Shown: piece after piece, positions 1-14,815 of the stretch | Position numbering within the stretch: position 1 is the stretch's first letter | How the letters are laid out: the number at the start of each line of letters is the position of its first letter | Source of the DNA: Eledone cirrhosa | Taxonomy: Eukaryota | DNA: 25,354 nt | NCBI GenBank assembly: GCA_964016885.1 | Contig: CAXHJY010001271.1 | Span: forward strand, 1-25,354 | Direction of reading: 5' to 3' | Translations under genes and position numbers: made by a program | Notes under the pieces: model-generated | What the model was told of the DNA's origin: nothing | The model's input: the letters and a program-made list of their open reading frames with translations, nothing else | Databases searched by the model: none

Positions 1-8
1 TCTCGAAA

Positions 9-2270
<2,262 letters not shown>

Positions 2271-2351
2271 ACCTCTGGAACAAAAGGATGCCGTTGCCAT
2301 CTACCACGTGCTGTTTTATGAGGTTGTTTACTTGTAAACAAACCGAATAAT

Positions 2352-2477
2352 AATAATTGTTCTACTTTAGGCACAAGGCCAGCAGGTTACCCAGTGTATT
2401 ACTGGTACTTTATTTTATCGACCCCGTAAGGATGAAATGCAAAGCAAACCTCGGCGGCATTTGAACTCAGACCGTAA
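2352..2477 (-). mobile_element. 5'-truncated tRNA-derived SINE (same family as 19467-19647)
   Basis: The reverse complement reads CTGAGTTCAAATGCCGCCGAGGTT..TTTCATCCTTACGGGGTCGATAAAATAAAGTACCAGTAAT..TGCTGGCCTTGTGCCTAAAGTAGAACAATTATT. It aligns with the + strand copy at 19528-19647. The B-box is present; the A-box region is missing. Confidence 0.85.
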
Positions 2478-2633
2478 TAATAATATGATATTATTATTGT
2501 TATTCACTCTCAAATACATATATATGTATATATATATGTTTATATAGGAAAAAGTTCAAAGGATCTTGAACTTTTTCCTATTACCCACTCTACTACCCAA
2601 AGGTCCACCTGGTTCCTTACCACATTTCCTTCG

Positions 2634-2690
<57 letters not shown>

Positions 2691-2991
2691 CAGCTATACC
2701 CTCACAAAGTATAACAACACATCCATCCATACATATATATACACACACACACACATATATTCTATGTGTTTATATTAAAACCTATCACACATTTAACCCC
2801 CACTAACACAGCTGTCGTGTAGATCAGTATGATTATATCAATATAACATATTACAATATTTATAGTTGTTCCCCTAATTCCGCTGGCTCTCTCGTCAATT
2901 CTCTCATGTTTTATTTATAACATAGAACATTGATATAATGTGTGTTGCTTCTCTACCACAATTGTTATAGCTAACACACACATATATATAA

Positions 2992-2994
<3 letters not shown>

Positions 2995-3044
<50 letters not shown>

Positions 3045-3245
3045 GCACTCTCTCTCTCACACACATATGTAACACACACACTCTCTCTCTCACGCGCACA
3101 CATATATAACACATACACAAACACTCTCTCACGCACACATATATATATAGATATATAACACACATACACACTCTCTCTCACACACATATATAACATATAC
3201 ACACACATACATACACACACATACACATACACACACACATACACA
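2995..3245. repeat. Compound (CA)n/(CG)n/(CT)n microsatellite
   Basis: Seen directly: a (CA)n run joined to (CG)n and (CT)n, then a degenerate CA/TA mix. Confidence 0.95.
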
Positions 3246-3325
3246 TGAGGTAGACAGATCATCAGTCCTAGACTAGATGGGTCGGGGAGGGATATCTTGG
3301 ACTTACATTCCATATTTTGTTGCTA

Positions 3326-4005
3326 TATCTTCTCTACATGAGCTATGACACCAGCTGTGTCTTATCTCTCTACATGAACTATGACACCTGTTGTATTCTT
3401 GAGCTGTCCTATCTCTCTACATGAGCTATGATACCAGCTGTGTTCTTGAGCTGTCCCTATCTCTCTACATGAGCTATGATACCAGCTGTGTTGTTCAGTT
3501 GTCCTATCTCTCTACATGAGCTATGATACCAGCTGTGTTCTTGAGCTGTCCTATCTTTCTACATGAGCTATGATACCTGTTGTATTCTTGAGCTGTCCTA
3601 TCTCTCTACATGAGCTATGATACCAGCTGTGTTCTTGAGCTATCCTATCTCTCTACATGAGCTATGATACCAGCTGTGTTCTTGAGCTGTCCTATCTCTC
3701 TACATGAGCTATGATATCAGCTGTGTTCTTGAGCTATCCTATCTCTCTACATGAGCTATGATACCAGCTGTGTTCTTGAGCTGTCCTATCTCTCTACATG
3801 AGCTATGATACCAGCTGTGTTCTTGAGCTGTCCTATCTCTCTACATGAGCTATGATACCAGCTGTGTTCTTGAGCTGTCCTATCTCTCTACATGAGCTAT
3901 GATACCAGCTGTGTTCTTGAGCTGTCCTATCTCTCTACATGAGCTATGATACCAGCTGTGTTCTTGAGCTATCCTATCTCTCTACATGAGCTATGATACC
4001 TTCTG
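3326..4005. repeat. 47-bp minisatellite, ~14 copies
   Basis: Unit CTATCTCTCTACATGAGCTATGATACCAGCTGTGTTCTTGAGCTGTC. CTACATGAGC recurs at 3841 and 3888 (period 47). Confidence 0.97.
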
Positions 4006-4313
4006 TATTTTAGCCTTAATTTCTCCATAAGTTATGTTCCAGTCATGTCTTATAGTTTGTTGTTCTGTCATTTCCAGGCACCGTTTCTGTTGGTTGTTAT
4101 TTATTAATGTGTTTCTGTGCCAAATCTATTGAACTGGCACATTTTCTATAATATACAGTTACCATAGTAACTAACTTTACTTTGCCAATTTTTATATTTT
4201 AAAATAATTTCATTATTGTATTCCAGAAAATATGTAAATAAAGTTTCTCTATCATTTCATTCTATTTTTTGGCCAAGACTTCGTAATCATAGAGAATATG
4301 GTTAATGTTGTCT

Positions 4314-4600
4314 TTAACCCTTTCATTACCATATTTCTAATGTAAGACACTGTCTATATCTTTAACCCTTTCATTACCATATTTCTAATGTAAGACACTG
4401 TCTATGTTGTTTAACCCTTTCGTTACCATATTTCTAATGTAAGACACTGTCTATATCTTTAACCCTTTCGTTACCATATTTCTAATGTAAGACACTGTCT
4501 ATATCTTTAACCCTTTCATTACCATATTTCTAATGTAAGACACTGTCTATATCTTTAACCCTTTCATTGCGATATTTCTAATGAATGATACTGTCTATAA
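4314..4600. repeat. 48-bp tandem repeat, ~6 copies, made from a MITE terminus
   Basis: Unit TTAACCCTTTCATTACCATATTTCTAATGTAAGACACTGTCTATATCT, period 48 (4321 to 4369). Confidence 0.95.
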
Positions 4601-4816
4601 TTTTCAAATAATTTTGAAAATAATGAAGAATTTTGAGGGATTTAATAATCTTCTGTAATAAAGTTTCTCATTATTAAGCTGCTGTTTGGAACATAACTTA
4701 ACAAACATTCTTGGATAAAATTACAATGAGAGATTTTTAGATAAATATAAACAGTTTTAAAATAGCAAACAGCTTTGTATGGGAGAACCGGGAGCGGTTC
4801 CAAGTAAAAGAGTTAA
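4555..4816. mobile_element. piggyBac-like MITE (TTAA-flanked, CCCTTT...AAAG[A/G]G termini)
   Basis: Begins TTAA-CCCTTT (4555) and ends AAAGAG-TTAA (4816), a one-mismatch inverted terminus. A TTAA target and CCC/GGG ends are piggyBac hallmarks. No coding capacity. Confidence 0.6.
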
Positions 4817-5161
4817 TACATTGATGGTACAACTAATCAATTATATAGCTTTAATGAATTGGTTTTAGAAAATTAGATTTATTTCTTCGAAGATATCTCC
4901 AAACCAATCCTTTTTCTAAACCATTTAATTCAGTTTTTCTCTGTCTCTGCTCATAATGTCTCTTTTCAATATTGTCCTCCTTTCAAACTAGTTCTACACA
5001 ATTCTTAACCTTTCATTTATTTTATTCATTTATTTATTTATTTATTTGTTTATTTATTTATTTATTTTTCCAATTTCTAAATTTGTTTATTATTTATTTA
5101 TTTTTAAAATTTGAATTTCTAATTTTTATTTCAATTATATATATTTATTCTTTTAATTATA

Positions 5162-5230
<69 letters not shown>

Positions 5231-5278
5231 AGTATGTATGCGTACATACATATATGTATACAGACGTACAGTAGTATG

Positions 5279-5701
5279 TATATATATATACATACATGCA
5301 CACATATATATATATATGTACGTATGGATTCACCGAACATTTATTATAATGAAATTATGAAATGAAATTTCGTTTCATTTTTTCCGTTTATCGTTTTCGG
5401 TGCGCCCGGCCGATTAACTCACTCGATATACAAATAAGGCTGCTCAGCCGATAATATGCATAAGGAAAGTATATACTTTCAGACGTTCAATCATCTGGCA
5501 GGAAGGTATACGTTGCTGACGATAGCTAATAAGCTTGAAACTAGTACAGCGTTCCTTTGTCAGTGTTGAACAAATGAGCAACGATGTTTGCTAGACAATG
5601 TACGGCTTAATTCGGGATGTTTGTTTACAAACAAACCGAGCATTATAATAAATGTTCGGTGAATCCATACGTACATATATATATATATGTGTGCATGTAT
5701 G

Positions 5702-5713
<12 letters not shown>
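5279..5713. repeat. 73-bp perfect inverted repeat (5279-5351 / 5641-5713) enclosing a hammerhead-containing segment
   Basis: ...GTACGTATGGATTCACCGAACATTTATTATAATG is the exact reverse complement of CATTATAATAAATGTTCGGTGAATCCATACGTAC..., including the adjoining TA/CA tract. Confidence 0.95.
5510..5552 (+). ncRNA. Minimal type I hammerhead ribozyme (Penelope-type)
   Basis: ACGTTG-CTGACGA-T AGCT AATA AGCT T-GAAA-CTAG-TA-CAGCGT. Stem I is 6 bp with one G-U; core boxes are intact; stem III is a palindromic minimal ACTAGT; predicted GUA cleavage after 5546. Confidence 0.85.
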
Positions 5714-5732
<19 letters not shown>

Positions 5733-5752
5733 GTATATATATATAGTTTTGC

Positions 5753-6787
5753 GATATAACTATCGACTTCCCTTCCAAACACCCTAACAATAGACTACCT
5801 GTATTAGACACAAAACTCTGGATTAACACTATAGACGAGAGAGAGCCCAAATTCTCCACTCACACTATGCTAAACCCATGGCCTCCAAATACCTGATACT
5901 CAAAAACTCAGCAATGTCCAGTAGTGCTAAGTTTAATATTCTGATCGCAGATTTGGTACGAGTGATGAAGAATGTGTCCCGCATGTGCGACCCAACAGAA
6001 ATGGAAAGACACATCCAACACTTCATCAACCGCATGCAGTTCTCTGGCTACAACCAAAGAGACAGAGTCAGAGTATACGAAGGAGCCATGGAAAAGTATA
6101 AGACCCTCATAGAACTGGACATGAAAGGAATTTGCCCATTATACAGGAGCAAATCATGGAATAGCTTAGATAGGGTTAGACATAAGATACGGAAAGCCAC
6201 CTCATGGTACGACAACCAGAGATACCAGAGTGTCATGTTTGTGGACGCTACCCCTGGAGGGAAATTAGTTAACCAGTGTAGAAAGGCCCTGAGAAAGACC
6301 CACTTAAAAATAAAGGTGGTAGAAAAGCCAGGAACCACCATAAAATCCCCGACCAGCAAAATATACCCTTTTAAGAAAACCCACTGTACTAATAGGAAAT
6401 GTATCATATGTAAGGTGAACCCCCGGATAAACTGTAAAACTAGAAACGTAGTCTATAGCATAAGATGTACAGAGGGTACTTGCAGAAACATGACAACAAC
6501 ATACATAGGTGAGACAGCTTGTAGCATAGGTGAAAGGATAGACCAACACTGGGGGGAACTAAAAGGACGAAAAAACGGTTCAGTACTATACGAACATGCT
6601 AGACAACAACATGACGGTAACAGACAACATAGAAATTAGAATAATATCTAAACATAGAAATGACCCAGCAGATAGGCAAATCAGAGAGGCTAGTGAAATA
6701 GAAATTAGAAGGCCAAGACTAAACAGAAAGAATGAATGGAATAACAACAACACCCAAACAAACAACACTGACCTAAGAGAAGTATAA
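5753..6787 (+). pseudogene. PLE A: late RT/thumb + Cys linker + GIY-YIG endonuclease, two frameshifts
   Basis: An upstream frame gives DFPSKHPNNRLPVLDTKLWI (LPFLD-like RT motif), then shifts at ~5855 into HYAKPMAS. ORF 5878-6639 has CTNRKCIIC, NVVYSIRC..C..YIGET..SIGERIDQH and EHARQQH. A second shift at ~6620-6635 gives RQIREASEI..LNRKNEW. Confidence 0.85.
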
Positions 6788-7018
6788 ATAAGTAAATAGA
6801 ATAAAATAAATAAATACATACACAAACACAATAACAACAAGCACATAAACACACACTAGTCACCCATCACACAGCAAACAAAACACTATACACACACGCA
6901 AACGCATGCGCAAAGAAGACAAAATAAAATAAACAAACAAGCAAATAAATAAATATATATATAGACAGGCTGAATAAAAATGGCGTAGACATATAATACA
7001 ACAGGAGGAAACGATAAC

Positions 7019-7060
7019 ACCACTGACGATGTTGCAGATGTGCAACGAAAGATTTATGAT
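7019..7060 (+). ncRNA. Decayed minimal type I hammerhead in the PLE A 3' region
   Basis: ACCA-CTGACGA-T GTTGCA GATG TGCAAC-GAAA-GATT-TA-TGAT. Stem II is a perfect 6 bp and both core boxes are intact. Stem I has one mismatch and the stem III palindrome is imperfect (AGATTT versus AGATCT). Confidence 0.65.
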
Positions 7061-7265
7061 AAACTATATATATGTGTTTGTGTCTATATTGTATCTGTAT
7101 TATTTTTGACCGTCGGTCAGTCAATGGCAACATTGAGGACCGATTAAGTTAGATTACCGATATAAAAGACACAGAAGCGAGAAGCGAAAACCAACCAAAC
7201 AGTGAGTGTGTTCTGTTATTAATTCTGGCAATATTACACAAATATGACCCTCCCCAAATATAACA

Positions 7266-8885
<1,620 letters not shown>

Positions 8886-9054
8886 ATAGATAGGTAAATA
8901 TGCACGGGTGTGTATGATTGTGTATAGAAGATTATATTAATAAGAGGAATTCCAACTTTGTCTGATTTACTCGTTTTATTTACAATCCTTTAAAATATAT
9001 ATAATGGTACTATAATGAAATAGTATGATAGAATATTAAATTCTAAGTGTTAAT

Positions 9055-9093
9055 TGAACAAGTACTTTCATGCTTTCGCAATCTTCAGGTTCA
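9055..9093 (-). ncRNA. Minimal type I hammerhead ribozyme in the PLE B 3' pLTR
   Basis: Minus strand: TGAAC-CTGAAGA-T TGC GAAA GCA T-GAAA-GTAC-TT-GTTCA. Stem I is a perfect 5 bp, stem II is GNRA-capped, stem III is palindromic (AGTACT), and the predicted cleavage triplet is CUU at 9060. Confidence 0.9.
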
Positions 9094-9155
9094 TGATATG
9101 TGGTGACAGTCGAGTTTGCAATTTTCAACTGTAATGAGATGGGTAAATTTCCTAC

Positions 9156-9302
9156 CTTTTATACATTTTATACAGAGAAAAGTGGCTCCAGAATGCAAAG
9201 CCCTGTAAACTGTATTTCGACCAATCAGTGTGTAGTTTCACTGAATTACTACAGCTGATTGGTTTAAGCGTCACGGCTGGTTGAGCATGCTAACGACCAA
9301 TA
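9156..9302 (-). promoter_or_regulatory. Putative pLTR Pol II promoter (CCAAT boxes + TATA)
   Basis: CCAAT motifs at ~9221, ~9258 (opposite orientation) and ~9297. Minus-strand TATAAAA occurs twice at 9156-9172, ~60-80 nt upstream of the hammerhead. Confidence 0.45.
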
Positions 9303-9460
9303 GTCATATCCAACGTTTTGCTTTTTTTGAAATGATGAAAATAGCATTTTCTATTAATCATCACCATCAACATCACTTTTATTATTATTATTATTGTTGT
9401 TGTTGTTGTTGTTAGTGGTTGTGGTCATAGTGGTAGTAGAAGTAATACCCCTAGGCGTTA

Positions 9461-11647
9461 TTATTGTTCATTTAGCTTGGGTTTGAATTTATCAATAAAA
9501 TTCTTTTCTTTGATTTTTCTCTTGATTTCACTTGGGCTGTGTAATTTGTAGAATGGGAATATTATAAATATTCCCTGACCACATGTTGCCAGGTGGCCGC
9601 TTAGGGGTATCTGACGGACATTTGGGTCTCTGATTTGTTGACGGTGTACCCGTGCACGCTCCGATAGTGCATTTCCAGTTTGACCGACATATAGTTCTTC
9701 ACAATTCGGGCATTTAATGCAGTAAATTAGATTTCTGCTTTTGCAGTTCATATTTGCATTTGGGAATATTTTTCCAGTTTTTGTTTTCATATATTGACCG
9801 GCGTGTATGGATTGACATGTGCCGCATCGATTATCATTGCATTTAGATACAGTGAATGATTGGTCTTTGTTGTTAAGGTCAAACTTTGCTTTTGTTAGCA
9901 ATTGCTTCAAATTTTTTGGCTGTCTTTTACTAAGAGTCAAAGATCGATCTGTGATTAAACCTTTTAATTCATTACTTTGAGCAATGATCGGTAGGTTTGC
10001 TTTGGCAGTGTTGAAGATATTCTGGTGACATGGGTTGTGTGTCATTATAAATGGTATGACCAGTTCTTGGTTTCTTCTTCCTTGGGTTGTTCTAAGTTGT
10101 TGTATAGGTATTTTTATAGCCCGCTGTATGCCATTTTCTATAAGTAGAGATGGGTATTTTTGTTTGAGCAAAAATTCTCTTAGTTCTGTTAGGCGTTTGT
10201 ACCTGGTATTCGTATCTTCTACAATGGTACAAATTCTTCTGGCTAGGCAGTATGGGATGTTGCGTTTTGTATGAGGTGGATGGCACGACTTAAAATTCAG
10301 ATATTGATGGGTGTCTGTGTGTTTATAATATATATCCGTGGTAATGGTGGTGTCGTTTTTGATTATCATTATATCTAGGAATGGTAATTTGGTCCTACTC
10401 ATCTCTTTTGTGAATTGGAGAGATGGGTGTAGGTTATTCAGGAGGATATTGAACTCATCCAGAGTATCTAGAGATTCTGTCCAGATGATGAAACAGTCGT
10501 CAAGGTATCTCTTCCAAGATTTTTCAATGTACTTTCTAAAGTCAGTACTATATTTTTCCTCTATTTCTTGGTAGAGTTGTTGTTCTAAGTATCCCATTAC
10601 AGAGTTCGCGTAAACGGGAGCAAACTTCGTTCCCATCGCTGTGCCTCTAATTTGGATGTAATTCTTTCCATTGAAGAAGAAAGTGTTGTTTTCCAGAATA
10701 AGTTTAACTGCGTCTAATATAAATGGCGCTGTGAATCTAATGGGAATCACTTCTCTATGTTTTTCCACCCAGTATTTAACCGCCTTTATTCCTAAATCAT
10801 GTGTAATGTTGGTGTAAAGGCTTACCACATCAAAACTGAGTAGAAGTGAATTCGTTTCCGTGGTTTTGGGAAGATGGGACAGGAAGTCGATATCATCCCG
10901 GATGAAACTGGGTATGTGAATACATAGTGGTTTCAAAATAATGTCAACAAAATTGCTTAGACGGTGAGTGGGGCATGTTGGACCAGCTATAATAGGTCTA
11001 AGTTTTAAGTCTTTTGGGTGTAATAATTTAATGTACTCACTGTTTTGTTCTCTTACTGCCAGTTGTATTTCTTTTGACTTGTGAACTTTCGGTAGGCCAT
11101 ACAGGTTGCTGGGTTTCGGCTCAAAATTGGTGATGTAGTCTCTTTCCTTATCAGTAAATGAGTTGTGGGATTTTGAACCCAGGTTGTTGATCTTCTTCAT
11201 GATGTTGTGGTCTATATTTGACGGTATTTCATGATAGAATGTTGTGTCTTTCAGTTGTTCCTCAACCAAATCCTTGTAGTATTCAGTATCCATTATAACA
11301 ACTGCACCCCCTTTATTTGCTTGTTTAATTATTATTGTTTTATCATTTTGTATACGTTTAAGTGCAGACATTTCTGATTTGTTAATGTTTGGCCTAACAT
11401 TAGTATTATGTCTAAGAGGAAATTTAGACAGGATGTCAATGTATTGGTCGAGATAGATATTTCTTCCTTTTGGCGGAGTGAAATTTGATTTATTCTTTAC
11501 TAGTGATTCATCACTCTCATTATTTTTATCAGCGAAGAATTCTACAAGACGTAATTTTCGACAGAATTCTTGGGTATCCTCCTTCAGTTCTTGGTGGTTG
11601 ACTGTTGGAGTCGGTGTGAATTTCAGTCCTTTTGACAGAATTTGCAT
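9461..11647 (-). CDS. PLE reverse transcriptase + GIY-YIG endonuclease (728 aa from ATG; frame stays open upstream to 11788)
   Basis: LSKGLKFTPTP, IIKQANKGGAVV (DKG motif as NKG), YGLPKVHK, LRPII, FDVVSLYTNI, GTAMGTKFAP, RYLDD, LPFLD, SCHPPH, CNDNRCGTC linker, NLIYCIKCPNC..YVGQT..R..H, KE..I..LN. The in-frame upstream sequence encodes KIINLSKRDL before a TGA at 11789-11791. Confidence 0.93.
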   Translation of the reverse strand: MQILSKGLKFTPTPTVNHQELKEDTQEFCRKLRLVEFFADKNNESDESLVKNKSNFTPPKGRNIYLDQYIDILSKFPLRHNTNVRPNINKSEMSALKRIQNDKTIIIKQANKGGAVVIMDTEYYKDLVEEQLKDTTFYHEIPSNIDHNIMKKINNLGSKSHNSFTDKERDYITNFEPKPSNLYGLPKVHKSKEIQLAVREQNSEYIKLLHPKDLKLRPIIAGPTCPTHRLSNFVDIILKPLCIHIPSFIRDDIDFLSHLPKTTETNSLLLSFDVVSLYTNITHDLGIKAVKYWVEKHREVIPIRFTAPFILDAVKLILENNTFFFNGKNYIQIRGTAMGTKFAPVYANSVMGYLEQQLYQEIEEKYSTDFRKYIEKSWKRYLDDCFIIWTESLDTLDEFNILLNNLHPSLQFTKEMSRTKLPFLDIMIIKNDTTITTDIYYKHTDTHQYLNFKSCHPPHTKRNIPYCLARRICTIVEDTNTRYKRLTELREFLLKQKYPSLLIENGIQRAIKIPIQQLRTTQGRRNQELVIPFIMTHNPCHQNIFNTAKANLPIIAQSNELKGLITDRSLTLSKRQPKNLKQLLTKAKFDLNNKDQSFTVSKCNDNRCGTCQSIHAGQYMKTKTGKIFPNANMNCKSRNLIYCIKCPNCEELYVGQTGNALSERARVHRQQIRDPNVRQIPLSGHLATCGQGIFIIFPFYKLHSPSEIKRKIKEKNFIDKFKPKLNEQ

Positions 11648-11972
11648 TTCATCATTGTCAAGATCTCTTTTAGATAAATTAATTATTTTAGGATCTACGT
11701 GTACAGCTGTTTTGGGTATGTTTCCTCCTGAAGTTTTTCTTTTTCCGGTTTTTGTTGTCCTGACGTTAAAAAATGGATTTTTCTCTGTTCAGGATTTATA
11801 TTCCTGTTGGTGTTCGCTTGATGAAATTTTGGTCGTGATATTATATTTGGTTTCGTTATATATTTTGTCCTATTTTTGGTATTCTGTTAGCATTATTTTT
11901 AACAATCTGGGAAAATGACCTAGGTTTGCTTTCAGGTTTAGATCGTTTTTTCGTCCAGTTTCTTGTGGGCAA

Positions 11973-12066
11973 TCTCTGTTGAGATCTTGAGAGTGATCTG
12001 GTTATTCTACGTTTTGTTTCCACATTCTTTGTTGGTAGTCTCTGTTGAGATCTTGAGAATGATCTC
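11973..12066 (-). repeat. 66-bp-period in-frame duplication in the degenerate 5' part of PLE B
   Basis: TCTCTGTTGAGATCTTGAGA at 11973 and 12039. The minus strand encodes RS(F/L)SRSQQRLPT twice. Confidence 0.8.
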
Positions 12067-12148
12067 TTGGTTTTACTACTTCTCATGGTCTGGTCAAAGG
12101 AATATGTATATATGTATATATATATATGTATATATATATATATGTATG

Positions 12149-12221
<73 letters not shown>

Positions 12222-12228
12222 ATGTATG

Positions 12229-12282
<54 letters not shown>

Positions 12283-12302
12283 TATATACATACATATATA
12301 TA

Positions 12303-12638
12303 TCGTCGTTTCATTTTACGTCCACTTTTCCCTGCTTGCAAGGATGGGACGGGAACTGATTCTGGCTTGATTTCTACAGCTGGATGCCCTTCCTAACACC
12401 AACCTCATTTACAGTGAGTGCTGGTGCTTTTTTTTGCCGTGGCACCTCCACGACCACTTTGAAGTGGAATGATAGGGACCCCAGTCCCTATCATCTCATT
12501 TCTACAGCTGAGTAAACTGGAGCAATGTGAAATAAAGTGTCTTGCTCAAGGAAACAACACATCACCCGGTCTGAGAATTGAACTCACAACCTTTTGATTG
12601 CAAGGCCAATGCTCTAACCACTAAGCCATGTGCCTCCA
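12303..12638 (-). mobile_element. tRNA-derived SINE with an RTE-like 3' tail
   Basis: Minus strand: GGAGGCACA-TGGCTTAGTGG (A box)..GAGTTCAATTC (B box), body TCCTTGAGCAAGACACTTTATTTCAC, and tail GGTTGGTGTTAGGAAGGGCATCCAGCTGTAGAAA..GCAAGCAGGGAAAAGTGGACGTAAAA shared with the RTE 3' UTR at 19995-20165. Confidence 0.85.
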
Positions 12639-12640
12639 TT

Positions 12641-14815
<2,175 letters not shown>

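Larger units (their letters stand above)
5745..7230 (+). mobile_element. 5'-truncated Penelope-like retroelement (PLE A) with 3' terminal region
   Basis: RT C-terminus plus GIY-YIG coding remnant, followed by an A-rich 3' region with a decayed hammerhead. Flanked by TA tracts. Boundaries are approximate. Confidence 0.8.
8900..12102 (-). mobile_element. Neptune-type Penelope-like retroelement (PLE B) with 3' pLTR-like region
   Basis: A long RT-GIY-YIG ORF, a downstream region with CCAAT/TATA motifs and a hammerhead on the same strand, and (TA)n at both ends. Boundaries are approximate. Confidence 0.9.

Noticed and set aside
3326-4600. 47-bp and 48-bp repeats as CRISPR arrays
   Set aside because: Head-to-tail units with no unique spacers, no cas genes and a eukaryotic context.
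11789-11791. In-frame TGA as selenocysteine (as in Naiad PLEs)
   Set aside because: It lies in a non-conserved linker, a TAG is 27 codons further upstream, the element has a C-terminal endonuclease, and no SECIS was recognised.
12560-12638. tRNA gene on the minus strand
   Set aside because: A and B boxes are present, but there is no acceptor stem and the sequence runs into a SINE body.
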